Positions 20,496-30,648 of a stretch of DNA of 64,000 nucleotides are shown here, in pieces. Under the pieces are notes generated by a model. That model did no database searches and was not told the origin of the DNA. It saw only the letters and a program-made list of their open reading frames with translations. Position 1 is the stretch's first letter; every line of letters starts with the position of its first letter. Location of the stretch: NCBI GenBank assembly GCA_050010755.1, contig JBEKKK010000001.1, positions 928,001-992,000 of the forward strand, given 5' to 3'. A program made the translations under genes and the position numbers. The DNA comes from Candidatus Bathyarchaeia archaeon (GTDB lineage Archaea; Thermoproteota; Bathyarchaeia; Bathyarchaeales; Bathycorpusculaceae).

Positions 20496-20507
20496 TAGCG
20501 CGCGCTA
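20496..20507. repeat. Perfect palindromic site TAGCGCGCGCTA (representative of the iterated junction motif)
   Basis: Intergenic 12-bp palindrome; about 30 exact GCGCGCGC cores in the window by hand count. Confidence 0.9.
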
Positions 20508-20631
20508 TTTTTACAGTAGCTTGCTTCAAGCGATTTGAAAATGAGGGTAGCGGGCGGGTTTAAACCAAAGTGGCGTTGACAGAATATAAGCAAAGGTTTA
20601 GGCTTGTCTTTGAGGGCGCGTTTAACCACAC

Positions 20632-20772
20632 TCATTCATGAATGCCGATGAAACTTCCTGGGATGAAAACTGCTTTGCATTTTGGGCAAGTACATTTGCC
20701 GTCTGGGTTTTTGGTCATTTGCGTGCCACACTGAGGACATTTCGGGCATCGTGGGCTAGACTTGTCAGACGT
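20632..20772 (-). CDS. 46-aa zinc-ribbon protein with apparent ACG start (or pseudogene)
   Basis: GGAGGTGA-TAAA-ACG then SDKSSPRCPKCPQCGTQMTKNPDGKCTCPKCKAVF... Confidence 0.55.
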   Translation of the reverse strand, partial: TSDKSSPRCPKCPQCGTQMTKNPDGKCTCPKCKAVFIPGSFIGIHE

Positions 20773-21050
20773 TTTATCACCTCCAGTGCCCCAATGGTTG
20801 TCCCTTACGGTTTCGTAATTTGTTGTATTTAAGGTTGGGCACTCGCGCGCGCTCTGTCTCCGTCTGTGTGTGTTTTTTTGTTTGTGTCAAGGTGTAGAAA
20901 GTAAGAGAGATATCTAATAGTCTGTAGAAGCAGTAGTAGAAGAAGAAAAAGGGTAAAGTTTTATCCCATACACACTTTTTGACAAGATTCTTCTTCGTTA
21001 GAGGAATAATTATATGTGTGAAAAAGAAGTTTTTTCCGAGGAGTTAAGCT

Positions 21051-21503
21051 GTGTTGCATTTGGATCATGTGAGACTGTTGGTTGTCGATTTTGGGGCCTG
21101 CTTTCGCTTCTACAGAGACGCCATGGGCTTGAGGGTAACGTGGGGAGAAGAAAAGGATGCATACGCAAGTTACGTTTCAGAAGGAGGAGCCCAACTTTCT
21201 CTCTTTAAGAGAGAAGTTCAAGCAAAAGCCTTGGGCACGTCCAACCTTCCTGAGAGTGCAGTTGTCCAGGACAGAATGGCTTTGATATTTGCCGTGGATG
21301 ACCTTGACACTACCGTCAAGAGATTGAAAGAAAGGAATATTGGATTCATTACTGAGCCTCAAGAACGTCCAGATTGGGGTATACGAGTGGTTTACCTGAG
21401 AGACCCTGATGGAAACCTTATCGAAATCAACAGTCCGATATCTACTAAGAATTGGACGAAAGAACTTCAGGAAGAGTCAGAGAAATACACGACGAAAAAG
21501 TGA
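21051..21503 (+). CDS. VOC/glyoxalase family protein
   Basis: HVRLLV.D, FYRD.MG, YLRDPDGNLIEI. Confidence 0.9.
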   Translation: MLHLDHVRLLVVDFGACFRFYRDAMGLRVTWGEEKDAYASYVSEGGAQLSLFKREVQAKALGTSNLPESAVVQDRMALIFAVDDLDTTVKRLKERNIGFITEPQERPDWGIRVVYLRDPDGNLIEINSPISTKNWTKELQEESEKYTTKK

Positions 21504-21733
21504 GGAGACGAAGCTTCTATTAAAACCTAGTGCGTTCTCAAAATCATGTTTGTGAAATGTACGTCTTAAGAAGAGCTTAAGGCATACATTTCTTAACGTT
21601 GAAACACACTTTTGTTCCTTCCTTCCTCAATCGTCCGTTCACGGTTTCCGTTGTCCGTCGTGGTCCTCGTTGGTTAAGGTCGTCGTCCGTTTGGTTGGTT
21701 GGGTAAAGTTTTATTGTGTGTGTGGGGATAAAC

Positions 21734-21747
21734 TAGCGCGCGCGCTA
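21734..21747. repeat. Palindromic site TAGCGCGCGCGCTA
   Basis: Intergenic 14-bp perfect palindrome. Confidence 0.9.
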
Positions 21748-21867
21748 ACCGTTCAACGTGAAAAAATGTAGGGAAATGATAAATTCTCTAAGATCTTATG
21801 AGGAGTGGATTGTTTGAAAGGCTACTCTTTTCAATGATTAAGATAACCTGGACAAGAGGTTGAAAAA

Positions 21868-23055
21868 GTGAGTGAGTTGAAGATGCCTGAAAGGATCAAA
21901 TTCTTGGCTTTTGAAGCCAGAGAGATTGGTGGAATGAATGTCAAGAACAGGTTAGTTAGATCTGCTACATATGAGCATATGGCTTCTGAAGGTGGTAGCG
22001 TTACAGACGAACTCATAAACTTGTATAGGACTCTGGCTGAAGGTGGAGTTGGATTGATAATCACAGGTGCTGCTTATGTGCAACTTAGTGGTAAGTCTGT
22101 TCCTTGCCTGACGGGGATATACAGAGACGATCTGATTCCAGGATTGAGAAAAATCGCAGAAACAGTCCATGAACATGGCGATGGTTGCAAAGTTGCGATA
22201 CAGCTGCTTCATTGTGGTCGTCAGTCGTTTGTGTTAGAAAACACTGTAGCCCCTTCTGCCGTTTTTGAACCTGTGGTTAAAAAAATGCCACGAGAAATGA
22301 CGATTGAAGAAATAGAAGAGACAATAGAAGCTTTTGCAAAAGCAGCGAGGAGGGCAAAGGAGGCAGGGTTCGACGCCGTTCAACTCCACGCTGCCCATGG
22401 ATACCTCTTGAGTGAGTTCCTGTCCCCTTACACTAACAGAAGGACAGATGAATACGGGGGCAGCACAGGAAACAGGACCAAAATCGTTGAAGATATTTAC
22501 AAAAGGATCGTGGAAAATGTTGGAACGGATTTTCCCATTTTGATAAAGATTAACGTGGACGATTTTTTGGAAGGCGGAATAGACCTCAGCGAGTCCAAAA
22601 AGGTTGCAGAAAGGCTTTCAAAAACGGGGTTTGCAGCCATTGAAACCAGCGGGTGCATGTGGGAAGTCACGACACGTAGTAAAGAAGAACTTGGCTGGGT
22701 ACCGGCTATGTTACCTGAAAGCCGAATAAACATCAGGTGTAAAGATAAGGAAGCCTACTTTTTACCTTACGCCAGAGAAATCAGGAAAGTGATCGCTGCG
22801 CCATTAATTCTGGTCGGTGGAATCAGATCCCTTGACGTGATTGAAAACATACTGGCTGAAGGAAGCGTGGATTTCGTTGCCCTATGCCGACCCTTGATTC
22901 GACAACCAGACCTTCCGAATAAATGGCTAAAGGAAATTGGAGCATTAACCGCTGACTGCATTTCATGTAACGGCTGTGTTCGCAGCACAATGGTTGGCGG
23001 CATAAGGTGTATCCCAGAGGAAAAAAGAAATAGAATACGAATCGAAGTTTCTTGA
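21868..23055 (+). CDS. NADH:flavin oxidoreductase (old yellow enzyme family)
   Basis: KNRLVRSAT, GFDAVQLHAAHGYLLSEFLSP..N.R.DEYGG, CISCNGC. Confidence 0.93.
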   Translation: MSELKMPERIKFLAFEAREIGGMNVKNRLVRSATYEHMASEGGSVTDELINLYRTLAEGGVGLIITGAAYVQLSGKSVPCLTGIYRDDLIPGLRKIAETVHEHGDGCKVAIQLLHCGRQSFVLENTVAPSAVFEPVVKKMPREMTIEEIEETIEAFAKAARRAKEAGFDAVQLHAAHGYLLSEFLSPYTNRRTDEYGGSTGNRTKIVEDIYKRIVENVGTDFPILIKINVDDFLEGGIDLSESKKVAERLSKTGFAAIETSGCMWEVTTRSKEELGWVPAMLPESRINIRCKDKEAYFLPYAREIRKVIAAPLILVGGIRSLDVIENILAEGSVDFVALCRPLIRQPDLPNKWLKEIGALTADCISCNGCVRSTMVGGIRCIPEEKRNRIRIEVS

Positions 23056-23247
23056 AAATCTTAACAGAGAATGGCTCGAACTTTGCAGATGGAGAATTAG
23101 TGAAAAGAAATTCGTTGTTAGCATATAGATGCTTGAAAGCAACTGTAAACCCTTGTCCTGATATCTGTTCATTTCGGCTATAACTTTTCCCCCAAACCCA
23201 AAATAAGTCGAAAGAATGGAACAAAAAGACTAATAGTTGAAGAGGCT

Positions 23248-23556
23248 ATGTCATTTATTAGAAAAAGACAGGAGAATAATGTGAAAAGAAGCTATTTTCA
23301 TCTAATTGCTATCATAGGAATAATCTTAGGTGTGGCACTCTTAGAAGGCGGAATATACGCAAGCACTTACTCTACACGGTCTGGTTCGCCTCCTGCTATG
23401 GTCAGGCTCGTTTACCCTTATGCCGTATATTCGAGTGTCCTATTTGGTGCAGGGGCTGTCTCGATATTCGTAGGAATAGTCGCTGTCTCGCTTGCCCCCC
23501 CAGAGGAAACAAGCGGTCATAAGAGTTCTGATATTTCTTGCCTTCCTCTTCGCTGA
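23248..23556 (+). CDS. Small membrane protein
   Basis: Two TM segments. Confidence 0.5.
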   Translation: MSFIRKRQENNVKRSYFHLIAIIGIILGVALLEGGIYASTYSTRSGSPPAMVRLVYPYAVYSSVLFGAGAVSIFVGIVAVSLAPPEETSGHKSSDISCLPLR

Positions 23557-23704
23557 AACTGTGGCAGCATTTCTCACAGTTCATAATGGATTCAATTATC
23601 TTGGATTTCTTGCTATTACTCTAATAATTCTGGTGCTCTGCATTTATTCAGTACTCAACTATCCAACAAAGTTAAAAACCAAAAATACCCTTAGCGCGCG
23701 CTGA
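23492..23704 (+). CDS. Small membrane protein (possibly a frameshifted continuation of the previous ORF)
   Basis: Two TM segments; ends SAR* inside site 23692-23704. Confidence 0.45.
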   Translation: MPPQRKQAVIRVLIFLAFLFAETVAAFLTVHNGFNYLGFLAITLIILVLCIYSVLNYPTKLKTKNTLSAR

Positions 23705-23839
23705 GTGTGTGAGTGTAAGTAAGTGAGCGACTGAAGGAGCAAGTAATTGAATGAGTGATTATGTGGTTAAGAACGTATGAGAGAATTTGGGTTTGGGTTT
23801 GGGCTATAACTTTTCCGCAAAACCAAAAACTGTTTCTGT

Positions 23840-24373
23840 TCATGCAGTCTTTGTTAGTATTTTTGGTTCTTTCCATTCTTCTCTGAGGATGCTGTATAAG
23901 GTTATGTCTGTCCATTCTCCTCGAATAAAGCTACGTTTCCGCATTATGCCCTCTCTTCTGAAGCCTATTTTTTCTAGGGCTCTCTGTGACGGGTTCTTGA
24001 TATGAGTTGTTGCTTGAATACAGGGAGCCTCTTTGCTGAGAAACAGGTAGTCTATCATTATTTGTGTGGCTTCGGTGCCGTAGCCTTTTCTCCTCTCGTT
24101 TGGAATTAGGGAAGCGCCTATTTCCAACGTTTTGCCCATCGGGTGTAATACGTGGAAGTGAGTAATCAACCCAATCTTCGTTCCGTCTTTCTTCTCTATT
24201 ATGAAGTCCTTGAACTCGTAGGGACTAGGTTCTGACAATGCTTTTTCCATTTCTGCTTTAGACCTTTGACTCGGCAAGAAATATTCCGAATCCACATTGT
24301 TAGCCCATTTATGCCAGAACGACACGTCTTCCTTCTCCATAGCCCTCAGATTCACGGTCTTACCTTCAAGCAA
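23840..24373 (-). CDS. RimJ/RimL-family GNAT acetyltransferase
   Basis: LEGKTVNLR, RRKGYGTEA, SQRALEKIGF.REG. Confidence 0.9.
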   Translation of the reverse strand: MLEGKTVNLRAMEKEDVSFWHKWANNVDSEYFLPSQRSKAEMEKALSEPSPYEFKDFIIEKKDGTKIGLITHFHVLHPMGKTLEIGASLIPNERRKGYGTEATQIMIDYLFLSKEAPCIQATTHIKNPSQRALEKIGFRREGIMRKRSFIRGEWTDITLYSILREEWKEPKILTKTA

Positions 24374-24408
24374 CTCGATTCACCAGCCCAGCTGTTGCTC
24401 TGGGGTCA

Positions 24409-24480
24409 GCTATAACTTTTCCCATTGACCGACCGCTACGCAGGCCACAACTCCCGATGGTCGGTCGGTAAAGTTTTATC
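24409..24480. promoter_or_regulatory. Back-to-back BRE/TATA promoters separated by a GACCGACC..GGTCGGTC inverted repeat
   Basis: GGAAAAGTTATAGC (minus) and GGTAAAGTTTTAT (plus); both motifs recur elsewhere in 20.3-25.9 kb. Confidence 0.55.
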
Positions 24481-24743
24481 CAATTCAAACTTGCGGCGTG
24501 GCTTGCTGTGGAAAAAGAGAGCTACTGCGGGTGCAGTATACTGGATTCAGAATACACGGCATTCCCATTGTAAAAAGAGCTATTGCTGGAAATCAGGTCG
24601 TAATAGGGTAGGGATGGGTAGTACCGGAATCGAGTATAGGCCCTATCTCTATGTTGCGGGATAGTTGTAGCTGAACCGAAAATCAGTTTAGAGCAGATAG
24701 TGGAGGAATTGTATTATTAAATAGGTGTTCGGCAAGAAGTTTC

Positions 24744-25832
24744 TTGAGTGAAGAGGGACGATCTTTGAGTGATACGGTTTATGAGCGTCTTGCTGATGCT
24801 TTGGATCGGCTACCGAACGGTTTTCCCAGAACACCTTCATATGTTGAGATTCGAATTCTGAAGAAGATATTCTCGCCCGAGGAGGCGAAGCTTGCGTGTC
24901 AGTTGAGCGGATGCTTGGAATCCATCGATGTCATAGGCAATAGGGCCGGTTTTTCCGCTAAGAAGACAGAAACAGGGTTAACGAAATTGGCTAAGCGTGG
25001 ACTCGTTTGGTACGATGATGAAAAGGGAAAACCGTTGTTCAGACTTGCGCCCTTCATAGTTGGCATTTACGAGGCTCAGTTGGAGAGCATGGATCACGAG
25101 TTAGCTCACCTCGTCGAAGATTATTTGATGAATGGGGGCGCGGTTGGCATCATGAAGCCTCAGCCAGCTCTGCACCGTGTTATCCCCGCACAAAAGGCAG
25201 TCAAATCGGAGTTGATACTTCCGTATGACGATGTCAAGGTGATACTTCTGAACTCCAAATCGTTCGGCCTACGCGAGTGCATCTGCAGAGTACAACGGAA
25301 GACGCTCGGCCACAAATGCGACTTTCCAGTCAAAACCTGCCTGTTCTTCTCAGAATACGAACGTCCTCCACACAGATACACAATCTCTCAACAAGAAGCC
25401 CTGGCCTTTCTCGATAAAGCCGAAGAAATAGGCCTAGTCCACACGGTCAGCAACGTCATGAGAGGTGTAGGGTACGTCTGCAACTGCTGCGGCTGCTGCT
25501 GCGGCATACTCAGAGGCATCAACGACTGGGGCATAGAAAATAGCGTCGCCCACGCTAACTACACCGCCACAATCGACCCAGACGCCTGCCTAAACTGCGG
25601 AACCTGCAGAACCAGATGCCAAGTACACGCCATAACCGAACAAAACGGCACATCCGTCGTTGACACAAAAAGATGCATCGGCTGCGGACTCTGCGCCACC
25701 GGCTGCCCAAACAACGCAGCCCAACTCAAACGCAAACCTCCAAGCCAAATCATCAACCCCCCAGAAAACTTCGCAGCATGGGAACACGAACGCCTTCACA
25801 ACCGAGGACTAACCAAACAACAAACAAAGTGA
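24744..25832 (+). CDS. 4Fe-4S dicluster-binding protein
   Basis: CICR, CNCCGCCC and two CxxCxxCxxxC motifs. Confidence 0.9.
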   Translation: MSEEGRSLSDTVYERLADALDRLPNGFPRTPSYVEIRILKKIFSPEEAKLACQLSGCLESIDVIGNRAGFSAKKTETGLTKLAKRGLVWYDDEKGKPLFRLAPFIVGIYEAQLESMDHELAHLVEDYLMNGGAVGIMKPQPALHRVIPAQKAVKSELILPYDDVKVILLNSKSFGLRECICRVQRKTLGHKCDFPVKTCLFFSEYERPPHRYTISQQEALAFLDKAEEIGLVHTVSNVMRGVGYVCNCCGCCCGILRGINDWGIENSVAHANYTATIDPDACLNCGTCRTRCQVHAITEQNGTSVVDTKRCIGCGLCATGCPNNAAQLKRKPPSQIINPPENFAAWEHERLHNRGLTKQQTK

Positions 25833-25941
25833 AGGCGACGTTTGGGTTTGGGATAAAACTTTACCCTTTTCTCTCTCATGCGTTTAAGATGCCGCGATAA
25901 AGCGCGCGCTATCGTTAGATGGGTGGAAGAACACATTAAAC

Positions 25942-27099
25942 TTATTGTGCTATATCAAAACGCATTACACTTAAAATAGCGCGCGCTTTTTTCGATGTCA
26001 ACACAACAACTATTGAAACGGCCAAGAACAACACTAGGATAAGTGCTGCACTGCTGAACTCCGGTATAGGGGATTCTGATATTACCGAGACCGTGCTGTC
26101 GCCAGCATTGGTCACGAATATCTCGCCCTTGCCAGAATCATAAGCTACGGCAAAGGGACCGTTTCCCACGGTCATGTTTGCAACCACAGTATTGTTGGTG
26201 TCCGATATAATCGAGACCGTGCCGTCAACAGTATTGGCCACGAAGATATCGCCCGTGCTGGAATCATAAGCTAATTCTTCTGGAGTGAGTCCCAAGGTTA
26301 TGTTTGCAACCACGGCATTGGTACTGTCCGATATGACCGAGACTGCGTTGACGCCAGCATTGGTCACGAATATCTCGCCCTTGCCAGAATCATAAGCTAC
26401 GCCGTAAGCTACGCCTCGGCCAGCGCCGTTTCCCAAGGTTATGTTTGCAACCACGGCATTGGTGCTGTCCGATATAACTGAGACCGTGTCGGGATTCTGA
26501 TTGGCCACAAATATCTCGCCTTTGCCGGAATCATAAGCTATGCCTTCGGGCTCGGTGTACCCTGTTCCCAAAATTATGGTTGCAACCACAGTATTATTAC
26601 TGTCCGATATGACCGAGACCGTGGGAGGGTTGTCGTCCTGATTTGTTACGAATATCTCGCCTTTGCCGGAATCATAAGCTATGCCATTGGGACTGGCTCC
26701 CACGGTTATGTTTGCAACCACAGCGTTAGTAGTATCCGAGATAGCCTGGACCGTCTTGACGCCGTAAAAATTGGATACGAATATCTCGCCTTTTCCAGAA
26801 TCATAAGCTATAGCGCGGGGAGTGGGTCCTGTGGTTATGTTTGCAACCACGGCATTAGTGCTGTCCGATATAACTGAGACCGTGCTTGGAGCATAATTGG
26901 CGCCCTCATTGGTTACGAATATTTCGCCTTTTCCAGAATCATAAGCTATGCCATAATCATAGGGAGGAGAGGCGGTGGGGTTACCCACTGGTATCGTGGC
27001 AATTACTCCAATTGCATAGACCGAATGGGCAATTGACAAGGCAAAAATCGCAATGAATATTAGACCCAAAAGCTTCCAAACTTTGACTTTCATATGCAT
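25942..27099 (-). CDS. YncE/YVTN beta-propeller surface protein with PEF-CTERM anchor
   Basis: Seven AYDSGKGEIFV.N...TVSVISD repeats, signal peptide, IPEF-TM-KK. Confidence 0.9.
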   Translation of the reverse strand: MHMKVKVWKLLGLIFIAIFALSIAHSVYAIGVIATIPVGNPTASPPYDYGIAYDSGKGEIFVTNEGANYAPSTVSVISDSTNAVVANITTGPTPRAIAYDSGKGEIFVSNFYGVKTVQAISDTTNAVVANITVGASPNGIAYDSGKGEIFVTNQDDNPPTVSVISDSNNTVVATIILGTGYTEPEGIAYDSGKGEIFVANQNPDTVSVISDSTNAVVANITLGNGAGRGVAYGVAYDSGKGEIFVTNAGVNAVSVISDSTNAVVANITLGLTPEELAYDSSTGDIFVANTVDGTVSIISDTNNTVVANMTVGNGPFAVAYDSGKGEIFVTNAGDSTVSVISESPIPEFSSAALILVLFLAVSIVVVLTSKKARAILSVMRFDIAQ

Positions 27100-27387
27100 T
27101 CCCCAACCTTTCCATCTAAAGCGCGAAAGTCGAATCTTCTTCTTGTCTTAAAAGGATTACTCATCAAAGTTTCTGGATGAGACATCATCGCTTGACACAT
27201 GGAAAGCATGGCGAGGTTCCCGTCCGAGGCGAACTTGACAAACGTTTCCGACGCTTTTTTGGGCTTGGTCATTTTCATTCTCACTTGAATCAGCCATACG
27301 TTGCTAATCAATTTCTATTTTGCCGTGCAGGCAAACAGCGCGCGCTTAGTATTTATGGGAGTCGTGGTCTTCCAGAGGTTGAGGATC

Positions 27388-28272
27388 ATGATGACAGGCT
27401 TGGTCTTCTATTTGGTCGACGTGTTTGCTGAAGAAAAATACGCTGGAAATCAGCTTGCGGTGGTCAGGAATGCCGGTGCACTCTCTAGCGCTCAGATGCA
27501 GAGGATCGCAAACGAGATGCACTTTTCTGAAACGACCTTCATACTTTCAGATGAGAAGCGAGATGGTGGATACGATGTTCGCATCTTCACGCCGGCAAGG
27601 GAGATGCCTTTCGCTGGACACCCGACATTAGGCACTGCTTACGTGATAAGACGCTGTTTAGTCAACGAAAACATCGACAAGGTAGTTCTTAACCTGGAAG
27701 TGGGGCAGATCCCCGTTACCTTCGAAAGAGAAGAGGACCAAGAGGTGCTGTGGATGAAACAGATTCAGCCGGTCTTCGGTGAGACCTTTGATGCCGCGGA
27801 CATCGCGCAGATGTTGAACCTTGACCTCGAAGAGATAGACAACAACTATCCTGTTCAGGAAGTGTCCACGGGCGTTCCCTTCGTCATAGTTCCCCTGAAA
27901 ACTCTCCAAGGGGTAAAACGTGTCAGAATAGACAAAGACAAACACCTTGAACTGGTAAAAGAAACACAGGCAGAAACTCTTGTTTTCTCCCCTGAAACTT
28001 ACAACAAAGAAAACAATCTGAACGCACGAGTCTTCGTGGACTTGCACGGGATTCCCGAGGATCCGGCTGCCGGCTCGGCCAACGGCTGTTTGGCAGCTTA
28101 CCTTTCCCGGTACCGCTATTTTGGCGATGGCTCAGTCAGTGCCAGAGTGGAGCAGGGCTACGAAATAGGCAGGCCCTCTTTACTGCGTATCAAAGCGGAA
28201 AAGAGAGAAGGACAAATACTTGTTCACGTAGGAGGAAAGGTAGTGATGGTTGCCAACGGAGAACTCACATGA
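27388..28272 (+). CDS. PhzF family isomerase
   Basis: VDVF..GNQLAV, SETTF, RIFTP.RE.PFAGHPTLG, EDP..GSA. Confidence 0.93.
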   Translation: MMTGLVFYLVDVFAEEKYAGNQLAVVRNAGALSSAQMQRIANEMHFSETTFILSDEKRDGGYDVRIFTPAREMPFAGHPTLGTAYVIRRCLVNENIDKVVLNLEVGQIPVTFEREEDQEVLWMKQIQPVFGETFDAADIAQMLNLDLEEIDNNYPVQEVSTGVPFVIVPLKTLQGVKRVRIDKDKHLELVKETQAETLVFSPETYNKENNLNARVFVDLHGIPEDPAAGSANGCLAAYLSRYRYFGDGSVSARVEQGYEIGRPSLLRIKAEKREGQILVHVGGKVVMVANGELT

Positions 28273-28588
28273 TAACCCGCGCTGAGGATAACCTGTCACA
28301 AGAACCGCGACAGCATGTCTGCATATATTTTGAACCGCAACTCGAGGGCAAAGCATTCTTCGAGAAGTGTGCGCCCTCCATTGGAAACACAACCTAGAAG
28401 GTATTCGAGCGCGCCTTCGCACTTCACGCTGGGACTTATTGTTGCTGCGATCTTTGTGTTCACCCTAAGTCTTTCACAAGAAGTAAAGACCTCAAATCGT
28501 TAGCGCGCGCTTACCATTGCAGACTCGCTTTCTTAGAAAAACTTTTCTAATGCGCGCGATTCGCTTGCGATTAAACACTAAAGATAAG

Positions 28589-30424
28589 CTAGAAAGACCT
28601 AGATTCGCGCAAGTTCTGGAAGTGTTCTTTCAAGTATTCCTCAATCAAGCCATAAACAAAATCCAGCATGGGCGTGTCCTCAAAGATGAAATCTAGTGCA
28701 CATTGACGGGCACTAGTCATAGTGTAGCTTTTTCCCTTAAAGACAACAGTCTTTCCAAAATCACGAAAAGAGATATTCGCAAGCTCTCCAGCCGATTCCT
28801 TCCTACTGAGAAATATTCTCTGTTCGTTATCGGTTGGGCAGGACAAACCAAAGAATTCAACAGTTGGCCTGTCTGTAAATGCTTTTACTTCTTTTTTTGC
28901 ACTAAACAGTACTGCTTCAAGTGTAGCATTATCAAACAAGCTCAAATCTTTAACATTAGGGAAATTCGTGGAAATTATCTGATTGTAGACTGTTGGTAAA
29001 TTATCAAAGAATATTCCTAGATTCCTTTCAAGCGCCTCTGGTGAAAACACGTTCCAGACCCAATTTCCCAATTCTCGCGCTCTAGAAAAGTCTTTTCGCT
29101 CATAAGGCCTAGCGATTTTGCGATTTTCGTTCAATTTTAGCAATGAGAATAACTCATAGAAAATGCGAAAAGACAAAGCCCTGCTTCCGATTGGTATTAC
29201 GGGGATGGGTAAGTTCTTTTGAATCGATTCTTGCGTTTTTGTGGATATGTTTTTCCTCTCCTCTTCCGTCAAAGAATGAGATAGAAAGTCAGGGTCAAAA
29301 TAAGGTCTTCCAAAAAGAGCTTTAGAAAATGAATTGATGCCATTTCTCTTGACATCAATTATAAACTTAATAGTTTCGAAAGTCCACATCGGCAAGTACT
29401 GGAAAAATGCCTTACCGATTTCATCAATCGAATACTCATCTTTTTCGTCCAAACCCATCTGAACGTGAAACTTGTCAATGAAAGCAAAAACGAATTCTTT
29501 GGCAATGAATTCACTGCCCTGATGGTTTAACAATTTATGCTGTACCACTTCATTTACCATTTTTTCAATTTCTTCCATTGCAAATTGGCTGGGCCTTTTT
29601 CGAACAGGGTTTTCTGTGAAGTATCCAAAAGTGCTCAGGCCGTTCTTTTTCAACTCTTCATGAAGTCCTTCATCAACTTCTTTAATCAGAACGTCATTTT
29701 TTCCGTAAGGAATAGGATATAAAGCGTATCGAACGCTGTTTTCTTTATAGGAAAAGTAAGCCAAGCCGAGCTTCCAAGCAGTAGGATAAAATACCTTCTT
29801 GACAATAGAATATCGTCCGTCCAAGTATCTGTTAAGGCAGTCAAGGAAAACTTGAATTTCAGCGAATTCTCTCCTTTCAACGCCGACTACTGGATTGGTT
29901 TTCTCTAACAGTTTGATATAAACTTCATTTGCTCGCATAAGGTTGAAGAAGGATTGAACGATAGCTTTCCACTCTTCTATATACTTTGAATCACTTCCGT
30001 CAATGACATTTGAAGCTGGAAAATGGATAACTACAGATGCTTGTTGAAGCTTATCAAGAGGTTGTGTCAAGAGCTTACTGCTCACATGAACCCAAAACGC
30101 TTTCTTGCTCTCTGTGTCTACACCAACAAGTATGACAGGATTACAAGTGGCTTTCTCGCTGTAAGCAAAAAGTGAAGTAGGACATTGAATCTTGGGCAAT
30201 TTATCAGGTAGCTTCTTGATTTGAACCTCAAGCTTGCCGTAGGGCGAACCGCTATTGTCAACCAACTCCATATAGCCATCAATATTTGGAAATTTATCTC
30301 TCTCTTTGATGTCGAGCTTCACTCTGCTTTGGTCAACTAGCCCTTTGAAAATTGTTACCGACACTACTTCAGTAGTGTCGGTGGGAGAATAGGGGGCAGG
30401 TTTGACTTGTTTTTCCTCAGCCAT
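28589..30424 (-). CDS. DUF4365-type PD-(D/E)xK nuclease domain protein
   Basis: DKFPNIDGY.EL...LEVQIK N-terminal motif. Confidence 0.7.
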   Translation of the reverse strand: MAEEKQVKPAPYSPTDTTEVVSVTIFKGLVDQSRVKLDIKERDKFPNIDGYMELVDNSGSPYGKLEVQIKKLPDKLPKIQCPTSLFAYSEKATCNPVILVGVDTESKKAFWVHVSSKLLTQPLDKLQQASVVIHFPASNVIDGSDSKYIEEWKAIVQSFFNLMRANEVYIKLLEKTNPVVGVERREFAEIQVFLDCLNRYLDGRYSIVKKVFYPTAWKLGLAYFSYKENSVRYALYPIPYGKNDVLIKEVDEGLHEELKKNGLSTFGYFTENPVRKRPSQFAMEEIEKMVNEVVQHKLLNHQGSEFIAKEFVFAFIDKFHVQMGLDEKDEYSIDEIGKAFFQYLPMWTFETIKFIIDVKRNGINSFSKALFGRPYFDPDFLSHSLTEEERKNISTKTQESIQKNLPIPVIPIGSRALSFRIFYELFSLLKLNENRKIARPYERKDFSRARELGNWVWNVFSPEALERNLGIFFDNLPTVYNQIISTNFPNVKDLSLFDNATLEAVLFSAKKEVKAFTDRPTVEFFGLSCPTDNEQRIFLSRKESAGELANISFRDFGKTVVFKGKSYTMTSARQCALDFIFEDTPMLDFVYGLIEEYLKEHFQNLRESRSF

Positions 30425-30508
30425 TTAACATTTCCTTTCAAGCTTAGGCAAACATCTCTGTTTAAATGGATATAGGCTTTGCTGCACTTGACTTGGATTG
30501 ATAAGCAA

Positions 30509-30583
30509 CGGGTGGGGTGGGATTTGAACCCACGACCACTGGCTTAGAAGGCCAGTGCTCTATCCATGCTGAGCTACTCACCC
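30509..30583 (-). tRNA. tRNA-Arg(TCT)
   Basis: GGGTGAGTAGCTCAGCATGGATAGAGCACTGGCCTTCTAAGCCAGTGGTCGTGGGTTCAAATCCCACCCCACCCG cloverleaf; A6-C67 mismatch. Confidence 0.92.
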
Positions 30584-30648
30584 TTTCTAGCTAGGCCAAC
30601 AACGATATAGAAACTATTATAACAGTTTTGCAGAGAAAACTGAAGGAC

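Noticed and set aside
20545-20570. Possible degenerate tRNA 3' end (attR)
   Set aside because: Match to the tRNA-Arg or tRNA-Ser 3' ends is too weak to support
21620-21700. A-poor low-complexity tract (TCGTCCGTT-like units) as an iteron or ncRNA
   Set aside because: No consistent period or fold identifiable by eye
26070-26960. Regularly spaced GAATCATAAGCTA repeats resembling a CRISPR array
   Set aside because: About 130-bp period, in frame, encoding beta-propeller blades of the YVTN protein; intervening sequences are homologous, and there are no cas genes
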